Below, one piece after another: positions 1 to 12,690 of a DNA stretch of 64,000 nucleotides. Origin of the DNA: Octopus sinensis (lineage: Eukaryota); NCBI RefSeq assembly GCF_006345805.1, contig NC_043011.1, positions 49,550,464 to 49,614,463 on the forward strand. Direction: 5' to 3'. The notes beneath the pieces were generated by a model that saw nothing but the letters and a program-made list of their open reading frames with translations, searched no databases and was not told where the DNA came from. How positions within the stretch are numbered: position 1 is the stretch's first letter; the number at the start of each line of letters is the position of its first letter. Made by a program: the position numbers and the translations under genes.

Positions 1-100
1 AAAATTACTTGCCGTGTGCCAAAATTAGAACGAATTATTCCTTGACAAGCCCTTCCCCCTCCCAATAACTGACCTTGTACCAAAATTGATATTCTCTTTC

Positions 101-342
101 ACTCTTTTTACTCTTTTACTTGTTTCAGTCATTTGACTGCGGCCATGCTGCAGCACCGCCTTTAGTCGAACAAATCGATCCCAGGACTCATTCTTTGTAA
201 GCCTAGTACTTATTCTATCGGTCTATTTTGCCGAACAGCTAAGTTACGGGGACGTAAACATACCAGCATCGGTTGTCAAGCGATGTTGGGGAGGACAAAC
301 ACAGGCACACAAACGCACACACACAACACACACACACACACA

Positions 343-385
<43 letters not shown>

Positions 386-563
386 CATATACATACATAC
401 GACGGTCTTCTTTCAGTTTCTGTCTACCAAATCCACTCAGAAGGCTTTGGTCGGCCCCAGGCTATAGTAGAAGACACTTGCCCAAGATGCCACGCAGTGG
501 GCCTGAACCCGGAGCCATGTAGTTGATAAGCAAGCTACTTACCCCACAGCCACTCCTACGCCT
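101..563 (-). mobile_element. tRNA-derived SINE family A, full length
   Basis: Head ggcgtaggagtggctgtg..., B-box-like ggttcaggccc, internal (TA)/(TG) microsatellite, tail ...cagtcaaatgactgaaacaagt(aaaagagt)n; more than 15 copies in the window. Confidence 0.85.
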
Positions 564-1085
564 AAGAATTATTTTTGACAAGCCCCTCCCCTCAAAATGA
601 CTGGCCTTGTACCAAAATTAGAAAGGATTATTCTTTAACAAGCCTTTCTCCTAAGAATTACTGGCCTTGTACCAAAATTAGAACGAATTATTTTTTGACA
701 TGCCCCTCCCATCAAAATTATTAGCCTGGACCAAAATTAGAAACAATTGTTTTTTGACAAGCCCCCTCTCCTCAAATTTGGTGGCATTGTACCAAAATTA
801 GAAAGAATTATTCCTTGACAAGCCCTTTCTCTCAAAATTACTGGTCTAGCACCAAAATTAGAACGAATTATTCTTTGACATGCCCCTCCCATCAAAATTA
901 TTAGCCTGGACCAAAATTAGAAACAATTGTTTTTTGACAAGCCCCCCGCTCCTCAAATTTAGTGGCATTGTACCAAAATTAGAAAGAATTATTCCTTGAC
1001 AAGCCCCTTCTCTCAAAATTACTGGTCTAGCACCAAAATTGGAATGAATTATTCCTTGAAAGCTCCTCCCTCCAAAATTGCTATC
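564..1085. repeat. ~60-bp satellite with ~180-bp higher-order trimer
   Basis: Unit approximately aaaattactggccttgtaccaaaattagaaagaattattccttgacaagcccc; 721-900 is repeated as 901-1080; the array also occupies 1-90. Confidence 0.9.
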
Positions 1086-1429
1086 CTGGAGTCTAAAACA
1101 GAAACCATTATTTCTCGCTTTAAATTGTTCATGAAATAAAACATTCGTTATTGATTTTTATTTCCGTTCGCCAGGAATTTTTAAGTCTTGCAGGAATTGG
1201 TCGAAGAATTCTAATGCAGCTGTTTGCTTGCGACTTACGAGTCGTCGTCTCACAAGGACGTTATTCGCTGATTTCATTTGTTCTGTAGCCATTAAAACAA
1301 TTCCTCAGGCGTTTCAAGTATGGTACTTATTCTAACGGCCCCAATTACCGAACGAGGACGTAAACAAACTAACGCCGGTTTTCAAGTCGAGGTAGGGGAC
1401 AAACCCCCAACACAAAAGCTTACATAATA

Positions 1430-1600
1430 GGCGCAGGAGTGGCTGTGTGGTAAGTAGCTTGCTAATCAACCACATGGTTCTGGGTTCAGTCCCACTGCGT
1501 GGCGTCTTGGGCAAGTGTCATCTGCTATAGCCCCGGGCTGACCAATGCTTTGTGAGTGGATTTGGTAGACGGAAACTGAAAGAAGCCTGTCGTATATATG

Positions 1601-1631
<31 letters not shown>

Positions 1632-1812
1632 GTCCCTAGCATTGCTTGACAACCGATGCTGGTGTGTTTATGCCCTCGTCACTTAGCGGTTCGGCAAAAG
1701 ACACCGATAGAAGAAGTACTGGGCTTACAAAGAATAAGTCCCGGCGTCGATTTGTTCGACTAATGGCGGTGCTCCAGCATGACCGCAGTCAAATGACTGA
1801 AACAAGTAAAAG
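1430..1812 (+). mobile_element. SINE family A copy
   Basis: ggcgcaggagtggctgtgtggtaagtagcttgc...gcagtcaaatgactgaaacaagtaaaag. Confidence 0.85.
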
Positions 1813-2131
1813 TGAGAAAGAGATATAGACACGCATATCTATCAATCTATCTGTCTGTCTATTATCTATCTTTCTCTCTCTCTCTCTCTCTCTCTGTGCA
1901 CGCGCGTGTGCGTAGTTACAGTTCCATTATCGGTAAGACGAACAAAAGAATATTCCATCTCGTGATAAATAAGTATCATTTGATATACACAATTACAAAA
2001 GAGCTACTAATAGGTTCATGCTTTAAGATACATTAAATTGACAGATCTATATGAGGTACCAAGTATCTCGATGCTTCGAGATTTGGAGATACATGGCACG
2101 TTATGTAATTTATTTATAGTCCTTTTGCAAT

Positions 2132-2167
<36 letters not shown>

Positions 2168-2904
2168 AGTATACATAGAGAGAAAGATAGGTACACACAC
2201 ACGTATATATGTAGATATATATCGTTTATATATATGTGTGTGTGTGTGTGTATGTATATATATATATATATGTATACATATAAATTAATAAATAAAATAT
2301 ATGCATACATACATACATATATGTACGTACCTACATCTACATGTATATATACATGCATATATAAATATATATATGTGAGTACAGGACACCACAAATAGAC
2401 GTAGAACTCAATGAGAAACGAAAACATAAAAACAAACATGGAAACGGACTTTTTTTAACAACGAAAAATCAGAGTACAAGACAAACAATACAAGGAAAAT
2501 TCCCCCTTCATCAGCTGTCGACTCCATGCGTGTTTCGAAGGTAAGGACAGAACACGACGATATATATATCGTTTATTCTTTTATATATATAATTTTCTCT
2601 TTTACTCTTTTGCTTGTTTCAGTCACTTGACTGCGACCATGCTGCAGCACCGCCTTTAGTCGAGCAAATCGACCCCAGGACTTATTCTTTGCAAGTCTAG
2701 TACTTATTCTATCGGTCTCTTTTGTCGAACTGCTAAGTTACGGGGACGTAAACACACCAGCATCGGTTGTCAAGCGATGTTGGGGAGGACAAAAACAGAC
2801 ACACGAACATATACACACACATACAAATATATATATATATATATTTGTATGTGTGTGTAATTGTGTATATAAATTAAAAATAATAATAATAATAAAAATA
2901 AGAG

Positions 2905-3499
2905 AGACTTAGTTATTTTAATATTTCTATTATTGAAAACAAGTGGATGTATTCCACCGAAACTAGGTAAATAAAACCATCGAACAGAGATTGTCGGAAG
3001 CGACACCTACTGGCTGGCTACGCTGCATTGAAAAGGGGCAATACTCCGAAACGCGTCTGTAGCTGCCGGTCAAGTAGTGTGGAGCGACTGACCTCCCTTG
3101 TTCGAAGGTTATATGGATACAGTTTGTGTATCAAATAGCTAACTTAAGGCGATGGCCTCATGGAGCTAATAAGCGACAGCTTTTTTCTTATTTTTATAAG
3201 AATGCCATATTAGTATGGCGATAACTATTATTTTCCGGGAACGCTGCCGCTGTTCTCTTTTAGAGAGACTTACTTATTTTAATATTTCTATTATATATAT
3301 ATATATATATATGTAAATTTATAAGTATAAATTAATAATTTAATAAAAAAAAATTAATTTTAACTTAAAATTTAAATAATTTAAATTTTGAATTTTATAT
3401 TTTATATATTTGTATATTATATTAATTAATTTTATTTCTATGTTTTGGTTTATGTTTTTCACTGTGTGATTTGCCTAATAGTGGTTTTATCTCTATTTA

Positions 3500-3555
<56 letters not shown>

Positions 3556-4395
3556 GGACACACACATACATATATATATATACATATATACGACAGGCTT
3601 CTTTCAGTTTCAGTCTACCAAATCCACTCACAAGGCATTGGTCGGCCCGAGGCTATAGCAGAAGACACTTGCCCAAGATGCAACGCAGTGGGCCTGAACC
3701 CGATGCTACTTACCACTGACTAGCTCCATGAGGCCATTGCCTTAAGCTAGCTATTTGACACACAAACTGTGTCCATTATAACTTTATTTACCTAGTTTCG
3801 GTGGAATACATCCACTTGTTTTCAATAATAGACATATTAAAATTACTAAGTCTCTCTAAAAGAGATTACGGCAGCGTTACTGGAAATTAATTGTTATCGC
3901 CATATTAATATGGCAGTCTTATAGATATAAGACTAAAGCTGTCGCTGATTAGCTCCATGAGGTCATCGCCTTAAGCTAGCTATTTGACACACAAACTGTG
4001 TACATTATAACCTCGAACAAGGGAGGTCAGCCGTTTCACACCGCCAGTCAGACAGCTACACACGCGTTTCAGGGTTTTTGCCCTTTGTCAATGTAGCGTA
4101 GTCAGACCCAGCTGGTGTCGCCACTGATCGTCTCTGTTCGAAGGTTTTATTTACCTAGTTTCGGTGGAATACATCCACTTGTTTTCAATAATAGAAATAT
4201 TAAAATTACTAAGTCTCTCCAAAAGAGATTACGACAGCGTTACTGGAAATTAATTGTTATCGCCATATTAATATTGACAAAGGGCAAATAACTGCTGGGT
4301 CTGACTTAAGGCGATGGCCTCATGGAGCTAATCAGCGACAGCTTTAGTCTTATATCTATAAGACTGCCATATTAATATGGCGATAACAATTAATT
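2905..4395. repeat. Cluster of direct and inverted copies of a Penelope pLTR-like repeat
   Basis: Blocks such as ttgaaaacaagtggatgtattccaccgaaactaggtaaataaaac and cttaaggcgatggcctcatggagctaat recur in both orientations; degenerate hammerhead motifs at 3023-3062 (+) and 4056-4096 (-). Confidence 0.6.
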
Positions 4396-4825
4396 TATAT
4401 ATATATATATACATATATACGACGGGTTTCTTTCAGTTTCAGTCTTCCAAATCCACTCACTAGGCTTTGGTCGACCCGAGACTCTAATAGAAAACACTTG
4501 CCCAAGGTGCCACGCAGTGGAACTGAAACCGGAACCATGTGGTTGCGAACCAAGCTACATATATATAAACGAGCTGTCACCACAGAATTTCCGCCTGCAA
4601 AGTTCTTTCACAAGCATTAGCCGACTCGAGGCTATAGTTGAAGATATTTGCCCAAGATGTTGCGCAGTGGGACTGAACCTAACATCACGTGAATAAGAAG
4701 GGAGCTTCTGAACCACACATCTATGCCTGCGCCAATAATGTGATCTCGAGGAGTCAATCTCCTACTTATTAACTCCTTCAGTTTAATTAATTAACACCTA
4801 CAACTTTAACGCAATATTGTCCATC

Positions 4826-5391
4826 TTATTTACATTATTTACATTTGACGGATATTTGTCCTCATCTTGTTTGTTGTTAACACAACATTTCGGCTGATAT
4901 ACACCCAGCTTTCATCAGGTGTCTTGGGGGAAATTTCGAACCTGGGTTCTCATTCATAAGTTATTATTATTATTATTATTATTTATTATTAGTATCATCA
5001 TCATCATCATTATTATTATTATTATTATTATGTTTTTTCCTTCTTTCTTCAAATTTTCTTCCGTTTCTCACCGAGTGTTTTCCATACACCTAGGGCAGAG
5101 AAGGGCATTGTATGCATTCCCAGATTACACGCGCAAATTCACATATAAAATATGCATTTCAAAATTAATAAATAAATTCATGGATGGATGTTATTTTCAC
5201 AGCGATAGTGCTCTTCTCAGTACATGAGCCGTTCCAGTTAATACGATTTTTTGCACTTCCTGTAGGGATGGTAAGCCTGGAATCATTTTCAAATAGGTTT
5301 CAGTACCTTTTTTTATCATTCCTAGAGATTCTACAATCACTGGTACTGTAGTCGCCTTGAGATGCCACATATTATTATTATTATTATTATA

Positions 5392-5422
<31 letters not shown>

Positions 5423-5645
5423 ATTATTATTATTTTTCAGGTCACTTCCAGGAATCGAACTCGGAATCTTGAGGTTAGTAAGCCCGCGCTCTTAACCACT
5501 ACGCCATATGCCCGTGACGTTGAGGTTAAGAGCGCGGGCTACTAACCCCAAGATTCCGAGTTCGATTCCAAGCAGTGACCTCAACAACAACAACAACAAT
5601 AATAATAACATCGAAAAATACCTTATGAATGAGAACCCAGGTTCT
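4826..5645. mobile_element. Head-to-head pair of tRNA-head/(AAT)n/hammerhead-tail elements, interrupted and truncated
   Basis: Minus head 5438-5513 with A box TGGCGTAGTGG and B box GTTCGATTCC; inverted plus head 5524-5581; tails at 4826-4960 and 5610-5645. Confidence 0.7.
4879..4923 (-). ncRNA. Minimal hammerhead motif, same family, mutated
   Basis: GACAC-CTGATGA-A-AGCTG(ggtgtatat)CAGCC-GAAATGTT-GTGTT; ACGT changed to ATGT. Confidence 0.55.
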
Positions 5646-5687
5646 ATCTGTCTGTCTATCTATCTACCTACATACCTACCTACCTAC

Positions 5688-5779
<92 letters not shown>

Positions 5780-7214
5780 TTGCCTGTCTGTCCGTCCGTT
5801 TGTACGCCAATTTATTTATCTACCTACCTACTTACCTATCTACTAATCAATGTGCTTTTGTTTATGTGTGTGAACATATAGTTATATTTGCATGTATGCG
5901 ATATCCAGTCAGCCACATCCAATTTTCAGCGCCCTAACGCCTGTGCCTTATCGTCTCGTATCGGACAACAGCTTTACTCAATACTCAGACTGTGTCATAG
6001 AACCGAATAACCAACTAAATTCAGAAAAATTCAGAAAAATCACAGGCGATGCCCTCTCATGGATTCCATAACCACTGACAATGCTAAAACGGTTCTTGAT
6101 GTTTTGCCAATGCTTAACATTGATGAGTAAATCCATACTACATCTACCCTGGTTTATCACGTAATTTGGTTCCTGAAAAACAAAAGAGATTAATATAAAC
6201 GATAAGCGTCGCCCTTTTCAAGCCTAGCCAGACTCATGGGCCCGGTTTCCAGGTTTCTGCGGCGTATGTGTTCCCACCCAGCTGGACGGGACACCAGTCC
6301 ATCGCTCAAGAAACAGAGAGAGTGAGAGAAAGTTGCGGCGAAAGACTACGACAGGGGTCGCCACCACCCCCTGCCGGAGCCTCGTGGAGCTTTCAGGTGT
6401 TTTCGCTCAATAAAGACATACAATGCCCGGTCTGGGAATCGAAACCGCGGTCCTCCGACCGCGAGTCTGCTGCCCTAACCACTGGGCCATTGCACCTCCA
6501 CCAGGGATTAATATATATTTCTTTACTACCCACAAGGGGCTAAACACAGAGGGGACAAACAAGGACAGACATAGGTATTAAGTCGATTAGATCGACCCCA
6601 GTGCGTAACTGGTACTTAATTTATCGACCCCGAAAGGATGAAAGGCAAAGTCCACCTCGGCGGAATTTGAACTCAGAACGTAACGACAGACGAAATACCG
6701 CTAAGCATTTCGCCCGGCGCGCTAACGTTTCTGCCAGCTCGCCGCCTATATTAATATACCAGTGATAAATGAATCGTCTCTAGGTATTTTTTTAAATGGA
6801 ATGAATAGTCGATTCATTGACACCGAAACCCGTGGCTCACAGTCATGAAGCTTTCACCTTCATTTATTTTCTTGATCATTTGTACTTTTTCCTGTAAAGA
6901 ATACACGAGTCTTCGTACTTTTTTGTTCACTTGTCCAATGATGATGAGTGCGAGTAAGTAAACTCATATGAAAAGTAAGCTGCCTCACAGAACGGTGATG
7001 TAAACACAAGCGATCGTCTCTGCTTTTTGGATAGCTGAGCATTGCGGGTGGTCCATGGGGCACGCTTTTGAGGTACAAGCAAACTCTTCAATCGATCGCC
7101 GATCCGTGTTATCAGATCAACCCGTGATAAATGTAGCATGACTCACAATTAAACGCTCCACATTATCCTAGATCAGTGATAGATAAATCAGTGATAAACG
7201 AGGCTACATGTATA

Positions 7215-7588
7215 TCTTTATATATAAAAGAGAAGTTGTGTGTCTGTCTCCTACGATTTAGATTCCTAACTACTCCCACATTTTGCGGTGCAGTGTAACC
7301 AAAACCGGGTATCTTATAGTCGTGATTCATATCGGGCCCATCTGGGTATTAGCGCGCGTCTACGATGAGTCTACGATTTTAAAAATAATTTACCATCATT
7401 TTTTTCCATTTTAATGCATTTTTCGCTATTATATAAGGGAAGTAACTCTCTAAAACTGTCTACGATGAGTCAACGATTTAAAAAAAAATTTACCATAATT
7501 TTTTTGCTAGTTTTTGCTATAACTCTCTAAAAATGCTTATATAGTTATTTCCCTTACAAACCCGAGCAACGCCGGGCGATACTGCTAG
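7215..7588 (+). mobile_element. Non-autonomous Helitron
   Basis: A|TC TTTATATATAAAA start; subterminal hairpin cccg-agcaacgc-cggg; CTAG|T end; second family copy at 40338-40642. Confidence 0.8.
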
Positions 7589-8055
7589 TCATGTATATTA
7601 CAACATCGTCCCTTGTACTCGACTGCTACTGTATCTTATCAACGCTGGCGAGATGAAAGGCAAAATGTAAAGAGTGGGAAGGCATATCGCATTGCATTTT
7701 GTTCGACGCTCCAAAGATTCTACTCGCTCGTCGCTTGCGCTCTGAATCAATAACTAACAGTAGAGGCGGCGAGCTGGCAGAATCGTTAGCAAGCCGGACA
7801 AAATGCTTAACGGCATTTCGTCCGTCTTTTACGTTCTGAATTCAAATTCCGCCCTGGTCGACTTTGCCTTTCGTCCTTTCGAGGTCGATAAAATAAGTTC
7901 CAGTTGAGCATTGGGGGTCGGATGCAATCGACTAAACCCCCCCCCCCACACAAAAAAAAAAAGCTGCTGGCCTTGTGCCAAAATTTGAAACCAATAATAA
8001 TTACCAGTTCATTAACTTAGTTAACTAAGTTTTTTTGCCTGAACATTATTCTCTT

Positions 8056-8280
8056 TTTTCTCTTTTTCTCTTTTACTTGTTTCAGTCATTTGACTGCGGC
8101 CATGCTGGAGCACCGCCTTTAATCGAGCAACTCGACCCCGGGACTTATTCTTTTGTAAGCCCGGTACTTATTCTATCGGTCTCTTTTGCCGAACCGCTAA
8201 GTAACGGGGACATAAACACACCAGTATCGGTTGTCAAGCAATGCTAGGGGGACAAACACAGACACAAAAACATACGCACA

Positions 8281-8313
<33 letters not shown>

Positions 8314-8485
8314 CATATATACGACGGGCTTCTTTCAGTTTCCGTCTACTAAATCCACTCACAAAGCTTTGGTTGGCCCGAGGCTATAGTAGAAGACACT
8401 TGCCCAAGGTGCCATGCAGTGGGAATGAACCCAGAACTATGTGGTTGGTAAACAAGCTACTTACCACACAGCCACTCCTGCGCCT
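8056..8485 (-). mobile_element. SINE family A copy
   Basis: Same consensus, reverse complement. Confidence 0.85.
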
Positions 8486-8943
8486 GTAGACATTATGTAG
8501 ACATAAATTTTGCGTGCGGTGATTATAAGACGCTTGTGCACGCGCACGGCTAAGGGCTATACCCTGTACCATCAGTATCACGATTAAATCACAATATCCT
8601 TTATCCCTGTCCTGCTTGCCCGATTTGGCTATTCAAATTTAAAATAATCAATCCGATAAAGATTAAATAATTCTAGTTAACAACATTAAGAGTTACTTCC
8701 CTTGTGTATATATCTGCACGAGTTGTTTCCCTTGAAAAGTATTTGTTTGATACAACAAAACTGCCATACTTAGTGTTCCTTTTAATTTGAGCGGGTGGAG
8801 GGAAGTCCAGAAGGTTGTCATACTGGGATGAAAGTGGTGGGCCCTGGATTCATGTGCAAACTGATTTTGTTCCTTCAGCCAGATGAGTGACTTGACCGTG
8901 GTGTGGTTTGAGCACAGACTGGAGAACAAACACCACGAAGAAA

Positions 8944-9293
8944 GACTACAAAGCGGTGACAGGAGCGAAAAATCAACCGGGAAAAGTCAGTGGGCTTTGC
9001 GGCTCGGCACCTGGAGAAGCAAGCCCATGCCGTCCACCAGCACCTCCGTCGTGGGACGCTGGACGGACGGACGGCCCGGTTGAGTTGCTCGGGGTCTGGT
9101 TTGGTCCGGACCTCCAAATGGAAAACTGGAACGAGATAACGAGTACGGTGGTCACTCTCGCCCGGCAATGGGCCGAGAGGAAACTGTCCCTAAAAGGTCG
9201 GGAGGAGGTGGCGAACACGTACATCGCGTCCATCATCTACTACCGCCTGACCGTCGTACTTTGTCCCGACCCTACCATCACCAAACTAGAAGC
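8944..9293 (+). mobile_element. Tx1/L1-clade LINE ORF2 fragment (post-RT region), frameshifted
   Basis: Joined frames read YKAVTGAK-INREKSVGLRLGTW...VELLGVWFGPDLQMENWNEIT...WAERKLSLKGREEVANTYIASIIYYRLTVVLCP, a Tx1-type pattern; GC-rich island with two frameshifts. Confidence 0.8.
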
Positions 9294-9615
9294 ATATCCT
9301 ACTCAATCTGCAAAATATCCATATCTGAAAGGTTTCTTTCATCTCCATCGTTCTGCATACTGTCCAAGTTTGTGCCGTGGAGAGGACAATTGGTGCTGGT
9401 GCAACTTAAAAGGCACTGGTGCTGGTGCGACTTAAAAACCACTGATGATGGTGCCACATAAAAAACACTGGTGCTGGTGCCACTTAAAAAGTACCCAATA
9501 CACTGTGGAGTGATTTACTTGTGCATGTGTAATATATATCAATAATACAGTGATTGTTTCTTATCAGGAACAAAATGTTTAATAGGACTGCTATAGAAGT
9601 GCTAAATTAAATGAG

Positions 9616-9935
9616 ACAAATATATTAAACTAAGGTTATAGAACAAACAAATACAAGGTCATCCACATAACATTTCATATATCGAACATTTAATCACATA
9701 ATGCTTTTTCTTTCACATAGAATATACATGTATAAAATCACGGAAGATGAAACACAACTTTCTTGTATTTTCTTATATGCTTGTACTGATGAGTTGTGTT
9801 TCATCTTCCGTGATTTTATATATGTATATTCTATGTGAAAGAAAAAGCATTATGTGATTAAATGTTCGAGATATGAAATGTTACGTGGATGACCTTATAT
9901 TTGTTTGTTCTGCAACCACAGTTTAATATATTTGT
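9616..9935. repeat. Foldback palindrome, 144-bp arms and 32-nt loop
   Basis: 9616-9759 is the reverse complement of 9792-9935, near perfect in the inner ~115 bp. Confidence 0.9.
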
Positions 9936-10745
9936 GTAATATATATATATATGTGTGTGTGTGCGTTTATATATATATATATATATATATATACTTTGTC
10001 TTATTATAAATTATATCCCAAGTTATATCCCAGGAGCAAGTGTTATTACTACCAGGTAGAATCTACCATTCTTTCAGTATTTGGTTTTGGAACCTTTCAG
10101 TTGTGAGAAGACACAGGCACTTTCCCAGCCTTCCAAACCCAGCAAAACAGTAATTATGTGACATTAACCCCTAGTAGCCAGGTGGTACTCATTTACAGCT
10201 GGGTAGACTGGTGCAAAATGAAATGCTATGCCTTGCTCAGTAACCCTCAAGCCAATTATATTTATGAAGTATAAGTGTATCCAGTGCTATGGACACCATA
10301 CAGTAGAATCAAACCAGGGACTTTGTAGTTGTGAAGTAAATTTCTTAAACCCTTCATCCATACTGAAGTAGCACCATCATCACTAGCAGCAACAGCTGCT
10401 CAAGAATTTGGACCTGGAGATCTCCATTTCCAGCAACTTCGAGGGCCACCTCCCAGTGGTGTCGGGCATCAACGAAGAGCCCTCGACTACAAGACGAGCA
10501 AAGTCTTTCTTTTTCCTAAGGTCTGGGGTCTCCCACCACTAAAATACGACCAATGTCTTTTTTTTTCCAAGGTCTGGGGTCTCCCGCCCCTAAGCCCTAG
10601 ACCATCACCTAATCACCCTTACCCGTCTTGTTGCTTAACAACAACAACAACAACCAGCAGCAGCAGTTGTAGATGTTAGACCAGGTATGGACAACCATCA
10701 AAGCAAGCTGCACTAATACAAGAAAATTTAAGGTAATTTTTTTAT

Positions 10746-11128
10746 TACTCTTTTACTTGTTTCAGTCATTTGACTGCGGCCATGCTGGAGCACCGCCTTT
10801 AGTCGAGCAAATCGACCCCGGGACATATTCTTTGTAAGCCCAGTACTTATTCTATCGGTCTCTTTTGCCGAACTGCTAAGTAACGGGGACGTAAACACAC
10901 CAGCATTGGTTGTCAAGCAATGCTAGGGGGACAAACACAGACACACAAACACACATATATCTACATATATACGACAGGCTACTTTCAGTTTCCGTCTACC
11001 AAATCCACTCACAAGGCTTTGGTTGGCCCGAGGCTACAGTAGAAAACACTTGCCCAAGGTGCCACGCAGTGAGACTGAACCCGGAACCATGTGGTTGGTT
11101 AGCAAGCTACTTACCACACAGCCACTCA
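10746..11128 (-). mobile_element. SINE family A copy
   Basis: Same consensus, reverse complement. Confidence 0.85.
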
Positions 11129-11470
11129 GCATGCTAATACTGAAAGTCTCATGGGCTGTGGGTTTGCCCATGGCTGTCATAGGAGTGACATCATGTTGAA
11201 CAGATGAGTAAGCCATTTTTAGAATTGGTCAAGGATGTAAGGATGATTGTAAAGGTGATGCCAGAACTGTCCCCTAACCCATTGTAGGTCTACCCTTTTA
11301 TTCTTTTATTTCTTTCAGTCATTTAACTGCAGCCATGCTGGAGCACTACCTTTAGTCAAACAAATCACCCCCAGAACTTAATCTTTGTAAGCTGAGTACT
11401 TATTCTATTGATCTCTTTTGCCGAACCACTAGGTTACTCTTTTATTCTTTGATTCTGCCAGCTCACCACC

Positions 11471-11505
<35 letters not shown>

Positions 11506-12155
11506 TAATAATAATAATAATATTCGTTTTTTACTCTAATGCACAAGGCTTGAAATTTTGGGGGAGGGGGGGCAGTCGATTAGATCGACTCCAGTATGCA
11601 ACTGGTACTTAATTTATCAACCCCTTAAAGGATGACAGAGGCTGGTTTGAACATAAAACAGGTAGAGTAATTTGGCCCTGTTTAAATGCTAATCAGTTAC
11701 AATCATCATCATCATCATCATCATCGTTTAGCGTCCGTTTTCCATGCTAGCATGGGTTGGACGGTTCTACTGGGGTCTGTGAAGCCAGAAGGCTTCATCA
11801 GGCCCAGTCAAATCTGGCAGTGTTTCTACGGCTGGATGCCCTTCCTAACGCCAACCACTCCGTGAGTGTAGTGGGTGCTTTTTACGTGCCACCCGCACTG
11901 GTGCCAGACAGAGCTGGCAAACGGCCACGAACGGATGGTGCTTTTTATGTGCCACCGGCACGAGGGCCAGGCGATATAATACCAAGTAAGTTAGGGTTTA
12001 TGGATCCAACTCACTAAGGGATAATACTTATCCAATATACTGTTGGTATAATACCCAAATTATTAATACACAAGTGTTTTTAATTGCAATGCAATTAACT
12101 TACTGATTGTATTAAATGGGGGAAGATAAATAAATATTTTACCATTAATTTATAT

Positions 12156-12330
12156 TAATTTATATTGCAAATAAGAAAATGGAGAAACAATTCAGTTGGT
12201 TCATCAGCTTCCGAATATTAGAATGTTGAATTATTTATTTCGTTTTGTTAAATAAGCCAACATTCCAATATCCCAAAGCTGATAAACCAACCAATGTGTT
12301 TCTCCATTTTCTTATTTGCAATATAAATTA
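12156..12330. repeat. MITE-like palindrome
   Basis: Perfect outer 34-bp inverted repeat taatttatattgcaaataagaaaatggagaaaca; inner arms imperfect. Confidence 0.8.
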
Positions 12331-12354
12331 TATATATATGTATATATATATATA

Positions 12355-12690
12355 TGGCACAGTGGTTAGAGAGTCTGGTTCACAATCATGAGGTAGTAAG
12401 TTCAATTCCCGGGCCAAGCTTGTGTTGTGTTCTTGAGCAAGACACTTTATTTCACGTTGCTCCAGTTCACTCAGCTGTACAAAATGAGTTGCAACATCAC
12501 TGGTGCCAAGCTGTATAATCCTTTGCTTTCCCTAACATCGGTGGCATGGAGAGGAAAGGCAAGTGCGCATGGGCGACTGCTGATCCTCCACAAACAACCT
12601 TGCCCTGACTTGTACCTCGGAGGGTAACTCTAGGCACAATCCTGCAATCTTATGGTCATTCATGACCAAAGGGGGTCTTTTACCCTTTAT
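12355..12690 (+). mobile_element. tRNA-derived SINE family E
   Basis: ggcacagtggttagag...agttcaattccc...ttgagcaagacactttatttcacgttgctccagttcactcagctg; copies at about 33990-34335 (-) and 41020-41310 (-). Confidence 0.7.

Noticed and set aside
5438-5513. tRNA gene
   Set aside because: Has A and B boxes but no proper acceptor stem, and continues into a repeat body; it is a SINE head. The same applies to 34893 and 45151.
10380-10620. GC-richer patch with a short internal duplication
   Set aside because: Could be a LINE remnant, but no motif could be assigned.
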